From: Octopus sinensis
Lineage: Eukaryota
Direction of reading: 5' to 3'
DNA length: 64,000 bases
Assembly (NCBI RefSeq): GCF_006345805.1
Contig: NC_042997.1
Span: 70,122,001-70,186,000 of the forward strand
In this document: piece after piece, positions 53,486-64,000 of the stretch
Layout of the letters: the number at the start of each line of letters is the position of its first letter
Numbering within the stretch: position 1 is the stretch's first letter
Notes under the pieces: generated by a model
Seen by the model: the letters and a program-made list of their open reading frames with translations, nothing else
Databases searched by the model: none
Told to the model about the DNA's origin: nothing
Program-made: the position numbers and the translations under genes

Positions 53486-53729
53486 AGCAACAAATTCTTC
53501 TGCAATTTTAGGATACATAGACCTAGCTTTATAAGACGCTATCGGACGTTAAAATTCAACTTAGGTTGAAAGTCAACAGACAAAGTTCGCTTTAGAAGCG
53601 TTGAGATGTATTGAAAGATTTAGATAAGGAAATGATTTTATTTTCAACGCAGGATAATGCTAATAATATAATTGAATATAGTGCCTTATAAAGCTAGATT
53701 TATATGTCATAAAATTGCAGAAGAATTAT

Positions 53730-54112
53730 GGATAACGGAAAGCGAAGTTGCTCACTTATCCACTCATCATGACTATTCGATTCCAGGATCGTAAAGAAAG
53801 AGGATGAAAAACAAAACAAATACAACCCCTTAAAATTTTAAATAGGAAGAACCTGGAGCATGCCAACAGTATAAGGTCATGCTGATAATAATTGGTGCGT
53901 TGGGAACAGTAAGCAAATATATAGACAAGCGGCTGAAGGAAATTAGAGCAGAATGTCCGGTAGAGCTCCTACAGAATGTTTGTCTCTTAGGGATAGCAAG
54001 GATTATCAGGAGAGACTAAGTACATAAAAGACTGCTGAAAACTTTGGATACCTAAGTTTATAGGTAGTAATTCGCTACCCACATAAATCCTACCAATAAT
54101 AAACTGAGCAAA
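53730..54112 (+). mobile_element. R4/Dong-type fragment, family C
   Basis: Matches 27540-27930 (LKF*IGRTWSM..IIIGALGTVSK..CLLGIARIIRR); followed by (TAA)n. Confidence 0.8.
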
Positions 54113-54114
54113 AC

Positions 54115-54188
<74 letters not shown>

Positions 54189-54195
54189 TAACAAC

Positions 54196-55322
54196 AATTC
54201 TGATGACTAGATGTTCAAACTTGTCTTAGAGCATGAAAATAAGAAAGCATCATACTCAGTAAGAAAACAGGCAAAAGAATTACAAATACAAAACATCCCA
54301 AAATCAGACGTACTGGAAACAAGCAGAGAAAAAAGTTAAGCGTATGAAAACTCGTACTAAAACTGCTGCTTTGATATTCTTACTGATAAATGGCAAGAAA
54401 AACCTCTCGATGGTAAATACCCAAAGAGAGCTAATAGTGACGATGATGCAAAGCCCTTACCCATCTTAGTGTCTTCTTGCTTAAAATCTGAAACGTAGGA
54501 GCTTATAATAGCTACCTAAGGTCAGTGCCTACCTACAAGGAACTACCAGGCTAACATATTAAAGAACAGCAGTAGCCCAATATGTCAGGTATGTCATTGA
54601 TCATGATGTCTCCATGAGCAGTCTGCTTGCGCCTACAGCGTATCCCAACAGGCATGATAGAGCAGCACAATATATTCACTGAGTAATTTGCAAAAACCTG
54701 GACCTGCACCATGATAAAAATTGTTGGGAACACAAACCACCTCCAGTACTTGAAAATGATCGCATCTCACTCCTCTGGAACTTGGCCGTTCAAACTGACA
54801 GAAAGATAGATGCGAACAGGCCAGACATCATATCGAAAGACTTCAGACAAAAGTCATGCCTCCTCAGTGATATGACTGTCCCAATCGATGTAAATGTATG
54901 TCAACATCTACCAAAAACTGAGTAAGTATAAAGATCTTGAAATAGAAATTGGCAAAATGTGGAACGTGAAGATTAAAACAATACTTGATGTCATAGGAAC
55001 GATAGCCAAATGAAATGATAACCAAAGGGGCTGATTGCTACCGAACTCAGATAACAGGAAACTGCAAAATGGCAGAAATTCAAAAGACAGTGCTCATGGG
55101 AACTGCCCAATCCCACGTAAAATACTGTCTATATACTCTCAAATTTGAAAACAAACTTATAAATTTCTTATGCTTTCTTAAACATTCTCTGGAACAATAC
55201 TATGTGCAAAACCAAATATATGACACTCTAGGCATAACACAAACATGAACTTGTTGTCTCTTGGGGTCTCAGGGTGAGATCTGGAGTTAACTTGTACAAA
55301 TACACATCAAAAGTCAAACATA
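54196..55322 (+). mobile_element. R4/Dong-type fragment, family A (longer copy)
   Basis: KWQEKPLDGKYPKRA..CLPTRNYQANILK..RHDRAAQYIH..VLENDRISLLWN..QTDRKIDANRPDII..KLSKYKDLEIEIGKMWN; TAA on both sides. Confidence 0.9.
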
Positions 55323-55327
55323 TAATA

Positions 55328-55390
<63 letters not shown>

Positions 55391-55399
55391 TAATATTAT

Positions 55400-55443
<44 letters not shown>

Positions 55444-55468
55444 TAATAATAATAACAATAATAATAAC

Positions 55469-55545
<77 letters not shown>

Positions 55546-55550
55546 TAATA

Positions 55551-56230
55551 ATGATAATCTCAGGGTGTAAAGTCTTAGCACCTGTAGAATATAAAGCAAG
55601 ACACGACAGAGTCGGCCAGTATTTACACTGGAAAATATGTCGGCATTATAATATCAAAATCGCTGACAAATGGTATAAACACCAGGGAGAAAATATATCG
55701 CTTCTATGGGACTTCCCCGTACATACCGACAAAACTATAGAAGCTAATAAACTGGATATTATTATAAAAGATCAGATAAAAAAGGTGTGTTTATTAATTG
55801 ACATGAATATTCCTTGCGATCACAATATACCGGCGAAAGAATTTGACAAAATCAGTAAATAGAAAGACTTGCTAGTAGAAATTGAAACCAAATGTCGCAT
55901 CTCAAGGTAACTACAGTGCCACTGATTGTAGGATCTCTAAGAATGATTAAAAAAGGTACAGAAACCTATTTGAAAATAGTACCAGGTTTACCGTCCCTAC
56001 AGGAAGTGCAAAAAATCGTGTTAACTGGAACCACTCATGTACTGAGAAGAGCATTATCGCTGTGAGAACAACATCCATTCATCAAGTTAGTTATTTATTA
56101 ATCTTTTACATATTTTACCTATGAATTTGCGTGTGTAATCTGGGAATGCATACAATGAGCTTCTCTGTCCTAGGTGTACAGAAAACACTCGGCGAGAAAT
56201 TGGATAAAATTTGAAGAAAGAAGAAAAAAA
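55551..56230 (+). mobile_element. R4/Dong-type fragment, family B
   Basis: IISGCKVLAPVEYKARHDRVGQYLHWKICRHY..LLWDFPVHTDKTIEANKLDIII..CLLIDMNIPCDHNIPAKEFDK; same 3' end as 28592-29135. Confidence 0.9.
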
Positions 56231-56244
56231 AATAATAATCCTTT

Positions 56245-56450
56245 CTACTAAATGCGCATGGTCTGAAATCTTGGGTGAACTGGAAAGTCGATTACATCGA
56301 TCCCAATACTCAACTGGTACTTACATTATCGACCCCGAAAGGATGAAACTTAAAGTCAACCTCGGCGGAATTTGAAATCAGAACGTAAAGGCAGACGAAA
56401 TACAGCTAAGCATCTTGCCCAGCGTGATGGAGTTTATACCAGCTCACCGG
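56245..56450 (-). mobile_element. Abundant SINE family
   Basis: atcgaccccgaaaggatgaaa..ctcggcggaatttgaa..gacgaaatac. Confidence 0.8.
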
Positions 56451-56451
56451 C

Positions 56452-56498
<47 letters not shown>

Positions 56499-56544
56499 AA
56501 TGATAATATTAATAATAGTAGTAATAATGGTAGTAGTAGTAGTA

Positions 56545-56587
<43 letters not shown>

Positions 56588-56985
56588 GGAATAATGTATA
56601 ATGCCCTTCATCAATTTCTTTTCTAACGAGAGTATTTGTCAGTTAATGGAGTGGAATTTAAGAGCACATCTTAGTGAAATTGATTAGTGACATATTATAT
56701 GCTACGTCACTGCATTTTTATATCTAATGCACGCATAGAAAAACTCTCCAATATAGATATGCATATATACGTGTGCACATACACACACACACATATATAT
56801 ATATATTACACGCATATGTATGCGTGTATGTACACATTTCTATATACATGTGTAACCACTAATTTTAAGTCGCTTTTACCTACAAATCAATGAAAATAGT
56901 AAGTTCATGACAAAGAAATCTATGAACGTTTTATGGCAATCCCTTCAATATATGCAACCGTTTGATTTTCACCAATTATAATATG

Positions 56986-57345
56986 ACTAGCACCGGCGTT
57001 GCCGGGTCATAGTGCTAGTGCATGCATATACAGCTGCGTGCGTGCACACATACACGCGAGTACTGTCCAAATCTCCGACCAATCATATACAGCTAGCTAG
57101 CATTCAATTGGTGTATCAAGTTTCGGGCATTTTGATTGGGTTTTGGATAGAAAATTCACAAAATGTCACTTCTATTGATTTTCTAATGGTTTTGCGGGGT
57201 GACTGGGGAAATGTAAAGATGTGCACGACTACCCTTGGACGGTTTTAAATGACCATAGAAAGTGCGAGCCCTCTAACTGAAAAATTGTGGATTTGTATAA
57301 AGGACACACACACACACAGACATTTTGCCGTTTATATATAGAGAT
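56986..57345 (+). mobile_element. Non-autonomous Helitron/Helentron-like element (Lep1/HINE-like architecture)
   Basis: 5' actagcac-cggcgttgccg-ggtcata-gtgctagt hairpin; 3' (CA)n-gacattttgccgtttatatatagagat. Classification rests on architecture only. Confidence 0.5.
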
Positions 57346-57672
57346 GAAACGTCCTTCTACTAACGAAAAGGTATCCCAGCACTCACAATTCTCATACGAA
57401 ATAAATAAGAAAATTAATCAATAATGTACACAATACATTATGAACAATAATTTCTTATGAATACCAACTTATTGACAATTATGAAATAGTAAAAGCTACA
57501 GGAAATATAATAATACTTAAAAGAATATGCTTATCGAACTGGATAGGAAGTAATTAGAAAATATTGCAGTAAATTTCATAGAATAATTATATAATGAAGC
57601 TATGCTACCGTAAATGGTTTATTGTTTTAGCTTTATTGAACGTTTATTTACTCTTTCTATTTCCAATTTCAG

Positions 57673-57777
57673 ATTTAGCGTAAGTGTCACAGTTTGTAGA
57701 CAAAGATTAGGCCAAATAAAGCGACAACAACAGCTTAATAATATATTGGTGAATGATCTAAATTTAAGCAGGCAACG
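57673..57777 (+). CDS. Candidate internal exon (105 nt, symmetric phase) of an unknown gene
   Basis: Acceptor ctctttctatttccaatttcag, donor CG|gtgagt; one open frame FSVSVTVCRQRLGQIKRQQQLNNILVNDLNLSRQ; no recognised homology. Confidence 0.25.
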
Positions 57778-58254
57778 GTGAGTTTGAATTGGTTGATGTT
57801 ATTCGGTGCAGGGCTCAGTCGCTTGTAGAAGTTCTTTATTTTCTTGATTACTAATTTTGGCACAAGATCGATAAAATGGAATGTGGATTAATTGATACTA
57901 TTGTCTGGTACCAGTTCATCAAACTTGGATGGAAAAAAAGTAAAGTTGGCTACTGTGTCATTTTAACTCAGAATGTAAAAAGCTCAACAAACATGGCAAA
58001 GAATTTTTCAACTTCTCGAAGACTTCTGTCAGCTACTTTTCTAGTTTACTTTCATCAATAATTCACTTAAAACTGTATCTTTCGAAACACTGCTTAAACA
58101 AAGCATATGTTTACCGTTTTTATTAGTATATTTGGTTACCAATGTTGGAGCAATTCACTTTATTGAATTTACATATATATGAACGTGTATGCATAAATGT
58201 ATACATATATCATGAAGGACATATACGTATATATAAGTAAATATATATATGTGA

Positions 58255-58303
<49 letters not shown>

Positions 58304-58415
58304 TATATATATAATCATATACAAATACGTAAAATATATTTTTGTGAATATATATATGTATAATATATATGTATGGTATATGTATGTATATGTATGTATA
58401 TATATATATATATAC

Positions 58416-58466
<51 letters not shown>

Positions 58467-58641
58467 TATACACATATGTATATAATATAGATACAACAAA
58501 TATATATATATGTATTCGTATATATATACTTATAATAAGCATATAAAATATACATGTTATATAATATATATATATACATACTTATATATATATATATATA
58601 TATATTATAGAGAGAGAGAGAGAGAGAGAGATAGATATATA

Positions 58642-59062
58642 GGCGTAGGAGTGGCTGTGTGGTAAGTAGCTTGCTTACGAACAACATGGTTTCGGGTACA
58701 GTCCCATTATGTGGCACCTTGGGCAAGTGTCTTCTACTATAGCTTCGGGCCGACCAAAGCCTTGTGAGGGGTTTGGTAGACGGAAACTGAAAGAAGCCCG
58801 TCATATGTATATATATATATATGTGTGTGTGTATGTTTGTGTGTCTGTGTTTGTCCCCCTCCCCCATCATCGCTTGACAACCGATGCTGGTGTGCTTACG
58901 TCACCGTAACTTAGCAGTTCGGCAAAAGAAACCGATAGAATAAGTACAAGGCTTACAAAGAATAAGTCCTGGGGTTGATTTGCTCGACTAACGGCGGTGC
59001 TCCAGCATGGCCGCAGTCACATGACTGAAACAAGTATAAGAGTAAAAGAGTAAAAGAGTAAA

Positions 59063-59065
<3 letters not shown>
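58642..59065 (+). mobile_element. CORE-type tRNA-derived SINE, full length
   Basis: Head ggcgtaggagtggctgtgtggtaag; CORE-like gcaccttgggcaagtgtctt; internal (TA/TG)n; tail atgactgaaacaagt plus (gagtaaaa)3. Confidence 0.85.
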
Positions 59066-59103
<38 letters not shown>

Positions 59104-60251
59104 CAAATATATATGTGTGTATATATATTTGTGTGCATATATATGCATATATATATGTATATATACTTGTTTGTACATGTGTATATATAAATATTTGTAT
59201 ATATTCGTGCATGTATAATAAATATATGTATGTATGTATATTTGCATATATGCATGTATGTGCGTATGCGTATTGTTCTTGTTACGGTTTACTTGTTAAA
59301 ATATTACGAGTGCAAATCAAAGTTACCAGTCAGTCGACCAATGAAGAATCGATTTTGAAAACTCTAAACCAACGAACTGACATATGTTGTATTGTGAAAG
59401 AAAACATTTCTAATCAATATATTCTTATATATTCTTATGAACATATCTTTGTTGTAACAATGACATGGTTGCCATTGGGATTTATTCTGAAACGTCTCTG
59501 TGTTTGGAAGTTACACGATTACACGTCTTGAATATATCCAGAATACTACTTGTCGTAGACAGACATTTACAAGTACATTTCATAGTTTTACTTGCCTTTG
59601 AATGCTATGGTCAATGTTGGACAAGTAAAAAAAAAACATAAAAATAACAAAAAAGAGGAAATGAAATTCATGAGAATAATGAAAGAAAAAGGGGAAAAAT
59701 AAAGCAAATACGGGAATAAAAGAGAAAAATTGATGAGTTGTAGAGAAACGTTTAAGAGCAAATCAGCCACTTAAGCAATGTAGTGGAGACAGACAAAGGT
59801 CGGTCTTTTGACAAAAAGACATTAGGAACACCAAAAATGTTTCGGCTCTACCTGGACAGATGTCGAATTGGAGAGCAAAACGATGTTACAAGAGGAGAGG
59901 AATGCTTACTATGTTCTCTTTTGAAAGAACATCTGATTGATAAAGGAGAATATTTTTAAAGGACCTGTTTACTTTAAGTCTTGAAGTGATTCAATTACTG
60001 GCCAGACTGTTATTGGTTAGCTAGCTAGCTGTTTGGAAAGAACGATTGACCGAATAGCCGAGTTTGCCACTGAAGTAATGATTTATTTAACACAAACTAT
60101 AAAAGAACGATTACTGTTTTCAATACTGTAATATAGTAAAAATATAATATAAATATCATGAAGGATATGTGCGTACATACATACGTACATATGTGTGTGT
60201 ATATCGTATATATATATATATATATATATGTACATATGTGTGTGTATATAC

Positions 60252-60296
<45 letters not shown>

Positions 60297-60298
60297 GT

Positions 60299-60673
60299 GG
60301 CACTCCGTCGGTTACGACGACGAGGGTCCCAGTTGATCCGATCAACGGAACAGCCTGCTCATGAAATTAACGTGCAAGTGGCTGAGCACTCTACAGGCAC
60401 AGTACGGTTGACGTAGTTCCGGGGAAATTCAGCGTGACACAGAGTGTGACAAAGCTGGCTCTTTCAAATACAGATACAACAAAAACAGGAAGAAAGAATG
60501 AGAGAAAGTTGTAATGAAAGAGTACAACAGGGTTCGCCCCACCCCCTACAGGAGCCTCGTGGATCTTTAGGTGTTCTCGCTCAATAAACAATCACAACGC
60601 CCGGTCTGGGAATCGAAACCGTGGTCCTACGACCGCGAGTCCGTTGCCCTAACCACTGGGCAATTGCGCCTCC
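60299..60673 (-). mobile_element. tRNA-derived SINE, full length
   Basis: Head ggaggcgcaattgcccagtggttagggc..ggtttcgattccc; tail cgtcgtcgtaaccgacggagtg. Confidence 0.9.
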
Positions 60674-61012
60674 ACACACACATATATGTGTGTGTGTGCT
60701 TGTGTGTATGTATATACAAATGTATATATACAAATGTCATTTTGCAGAAATTTTATTAATTCAAAGTTTAAACTACTTTTTCTCCCCTTTCCGTCTTCAG
60801 ATTTTTACGTTATTAAAGTGGAACGACAAAGATGGCAGTGCAATATTAAATGCCTGCTTTCTGGCGTATAGTCGATTCTATGTCCAAATATCACCATACC
60901 AGTAAAGATTGTGGAGATGATAAAATGAAATACATTACTTATAAAGTTCTGTATCTTTCTAACTTTTTATACATATGCACGCGCATGTGTTTCTCTTTTA
61001 TCTTTTTTAACT

Positions 61013-61415
61013 TTTATTTGTTTCAGTCATCAGACTGCGGTCATGCTGGGGCACCACCTTGAAGAATGAATCCACCCCCAACGCTTATGTTTTAAAGCCT
61101 AGTACTTATTCTATAGGACTCTTTTGCTGAACCGTTACGTTACGGAGAGGTAAACACACAAACACTGGTTGCTAAGCAGTGGATGGGTTGAAGTAGTGGT
61201 GGGGTTCAAACACACACACAAGGACGCACGCGCGCGCGCACACACACACTCATACAAACATACACACGCTCACATATGTGTAAGATTGTTTACCGAAACC
61301 ACTCACAAAGATTTGATTGTCTCAATCTTATAGTTGAAGACAATTATCCCAAATGCTATGCAGTAGGATTGAACCCGTAGTCATGTGGTTGAGAAGCAAA
61401 CTACTTATGACAGCC
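61013..61415 (-). mobile_element. CORE-type SINE, diverged
   Basis: tttgtttcagtcat..gactgcggtcatgctggggcacc..tagtacttattctat..ggattgaaccc. Confidence 0.75.
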
Positions 61416-61574
61416 AATATTATACAATATATATATATATTGTATAGTATTGTTGTATATACATATATATATATGCATGTATGTATGTATGTATGTATGT
61501 ATGTATGTATGTATGTATGTATGTATGTATGTATGTATGTATGTATGTGTGTATGTCTATATATGTATGTATGT

Positions 61575-61710
61575 CTATTTCTGAAGGAGAGCATTGCTCG
61601 AAACGTTAAATCCTCTTTCCTTCCTTTCATGAGCGTCTGATAATACATTACTTGTACCACATCCTCGCGTTGTTGTTTTTTCATGTTTGTTCTTCTTTGT
61701 TGGATTCACT
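61575..61710 (+). mobile_element. Penelope pseudo-LTR-like fragment
   Basis: ctgaaggagagcattgctcgaaacgt core; paralogous to 18185-18320. Confidence 0.55.
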
Positions 61711-61751
61711 ATTATACATGTATGTATGTAGTGTGGATATATATATAATAT

Positions 61752-61805
<54 letters not shown>

Positions 61806-61858
61806 ATATATATATATTTATACATATACATATATATGCATATATATTTACATATATG

Positions 61859-61904
<46 letters not shown>

Positions 61905-62199
61905 ATATATATATAATTATATATAATGATATATATCTGTATACATATATATACTAACGAAGGATCAGTGATGTATTGTAGAAAGTTCAATTATTATATA
62001 GCCTGTCATAGTGACGATTGGTTTCGCATCATAAATCGCTTAGGCTTTTAAACGACTTGTCAAACTCCAAGGGCTGCGGACATGTAACCTGCTTTGAAAC
62101 TGGATATAAGAAACTGTTACGGTCAGTTAATTTGTAAACATATATTATCTGAGCCTTAAACAGGACGGGTTATCGCTCTCAGATCCTTTCGGTCAGCAA

Positions 62200-62700
62200 A
62201 TTTTTATGGTCCTACTCGATAAATGGGGTATCTCTGCCCTTAGGGTTGGTTCCAGTCCGCAATATTTTGTATTGCCATCATCTGCCTGCAGCAGAAAGGC
62301 CCTTGAGAACAATCTATTGACCGGGGGAACCTTCTCAACTCCAGAAACGAGATGTCTCATTTTAAACGCTACCTGCATTAGATATGGCGGTACTCATGAT
62401 TGCACTCGATGATTTTAATGTAAACGTTGCTCATTAGAATTTTGTCCAATACATTACGAAATTTGAGAAATATGTTCTCGTTTCATCGACTTATATACAT
62501 CTTTCAATATGAAGTTTCTCTTTTACCGATGACTTCTTTACACACAACAGACATTTTTTACTCATCATTTCAATTTCTCGATTTGCGTTTGAGGTCTTTA
62601 CTAGAATCAGTGCAACAGACACGAAAACTTTCTTTTCTTTTCTTTTGGTGAATGTACTTTTATCGTCACCAATATTTTTCTCCATTTCTTCTCCACATTT
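62200..62700 (-). pseudogene. Possible decayed Penelope GIY-YIG region
   Basis: GVEKVPPVNR..LLQ..LEP loosely resembles the PLE motif GIEKV..LLxRE..L.P; pLTR-type sequence lies nearby. Confidence 0.3.
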
Positions 62701-63005
62701 AATGACAATTTCGTACAGCCTGTCGGCTGAGAATATACGTATGTTTATGTAAGTTTGAATGCGTGTACATATGCATATATATATATATATATATAATATA
62801 TATAAAATTAGAAAAAAATACCTTTTATCAATTCAAAATGAACAATTGAATTACACCATCCAGAAAATTACATATAATAGAAATATTAACATTAAAATAA
62901 CAATAAAATGTCAAAGATTAAGTAAATTGCAAAAAAATAATAATATCAATATCTTATATAAATTGTAGAATAACGACACGTGTTTCGTGGCTATATTTAA
63001 GAAGG

Positions 63006-63440
63006 GGTTATAGTGGTAGTGAAATCACTTCGATATATATATAGTCAGTCACTCATAGGGTTAAAAATAAACTAGAATAATAAAATAATTAATTAATAAA
63101 TATACTTTATTTCTATTAAATCTATAGATACTACACATGTATATTGATTATATGGTTAGCTTATTTAAGGAGTTTGTCTACATTTGAACCATTTCTTATT
63201 TTGATTACAATTTAATGACTTGTATTAGCTTCGTGTATTTTATTTAATTTGAAGGTATTTAATAATTTAAGTATTCTTTTAGTCTTCAATTATGTATATT
63301 TAGTATTTTCATATATATATTATATATATATATATATATTAAAGTATATTTATTAATTAATTATTTATTATTCTAGTTTATTTTTAAAAACCCGATGAGT
63401 GACTATATTTTATCGAAGTGATTTCTCTACTACTATAACC
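63006..63440. repeat. ~100-bp inverted repeat with ~230-bp spacer
   Basis: 63006-63109 pairs with 63340-63440 (ggttatagt.gtag.gaaatcacttcgata...taattaattaataaatatacttta). Confidence 0.85.
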
Positions 63441-63554
63441 ATGTATGTATATATATATATACATACATACATACATATATATATATATATTATATATATA
63501 TATATATTATATATATAAAATTTATATATATATATATATTGTATATATATATAC

Positions 63555-63585
<31 letters not shown>

Positions 63586-63682
63586 AATATACTATTCTAT
63601 ACATACATACATATATATATTATATATATATAATCTATATATAATCTATATATATATATAAATATAATTTATTATATAAAGG

Positions 63683-63733
63683 AGCTTCTACAGGACTAGA
63701 ACTGTTTCATTCAAGAGAAATCTTCAGGAAGCT
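63683..63733 (-). ncRNA. Type I hammerhead ribozyme motif (PLE pseudo-LTR associated)
   Basis: AGCTTC-CTGAAGA-TTTC(TCTT)GAAT-GAA-ACAG(TTCTAGTC)CTGT-A-GAAGCT: full catalytic core, 6-bp stem I, 3-bp stem II, 4-bp stem III, GUA triplet. Confidence 0.75.
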
Positions 63734-64000
63734 AGTTAACAAGAATTGTATTGGCATTTATACATTTAGGCAGGTTTAAAGGGGTATTGGTGGGGGACTT
63801 TTTGGGGGTAGGCATAGCGCAAAATATCATATGGGGGAGTGGTCAGGAGTCAGTGTTAAATAGATAGAAGAATAAATAAAAATAAAACTAAATAAAAAAA
63901 TAAATAAAAAAATAAAAAAAATATATATATAAAAAAGGGGAATAGAGTTTTAGGTAAATAAGGAGATTCTCACTTATACCTATGCATATATGTATACATA

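Overview
AT-rich, microsatellite-dense animal DNA. The SINE families and the (TA)n/(TAA)n landscape point to an octopod cephalopod (inference; not database-verified). I find no confident host protein-coding gene, rRNA, intact tRNA or CRISPR array, so the window reads as intergenic or large-intron sequence built from decayed mobile elements. These include: about ten R4/Dong-type (restriction-like endonuclease) retrotransposon 3' fragments from at least four families sitting in (TAA)n tracts; several Penelope-like element (PLE) remnants and pseudo-LTRs; RTE-BovB, CR1/L2 and L1/Tx1 LINE fragments; a mariner and a DD37D (maT) transposase pseudogene; MITEs and foldbacks; a Helitron-like non-autonomous element; and more than 25 SINE copies from at least three families. 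Most ORFs in the supplied track are microsatellite artefacts. The best leads are: (1) a structurally complete type-I hammerhead ribozyme at 63683-63733 (minus strand) plus several degenerate PLE minimal hammerheads; (2) strand-polarised retroelement islands in TAA microsatellites that include an unclassified, non-coding ~545-bp element with the same target preference; (3) long foldback structures at 8.2-9.6 kb; (4) one candidate frame-preserving 105-nt exon at 57673-57777. I cannot support a wholly new host biological system from this sequence alone. Coordinates for degraded elements are approximate and all alignments were done by eye.
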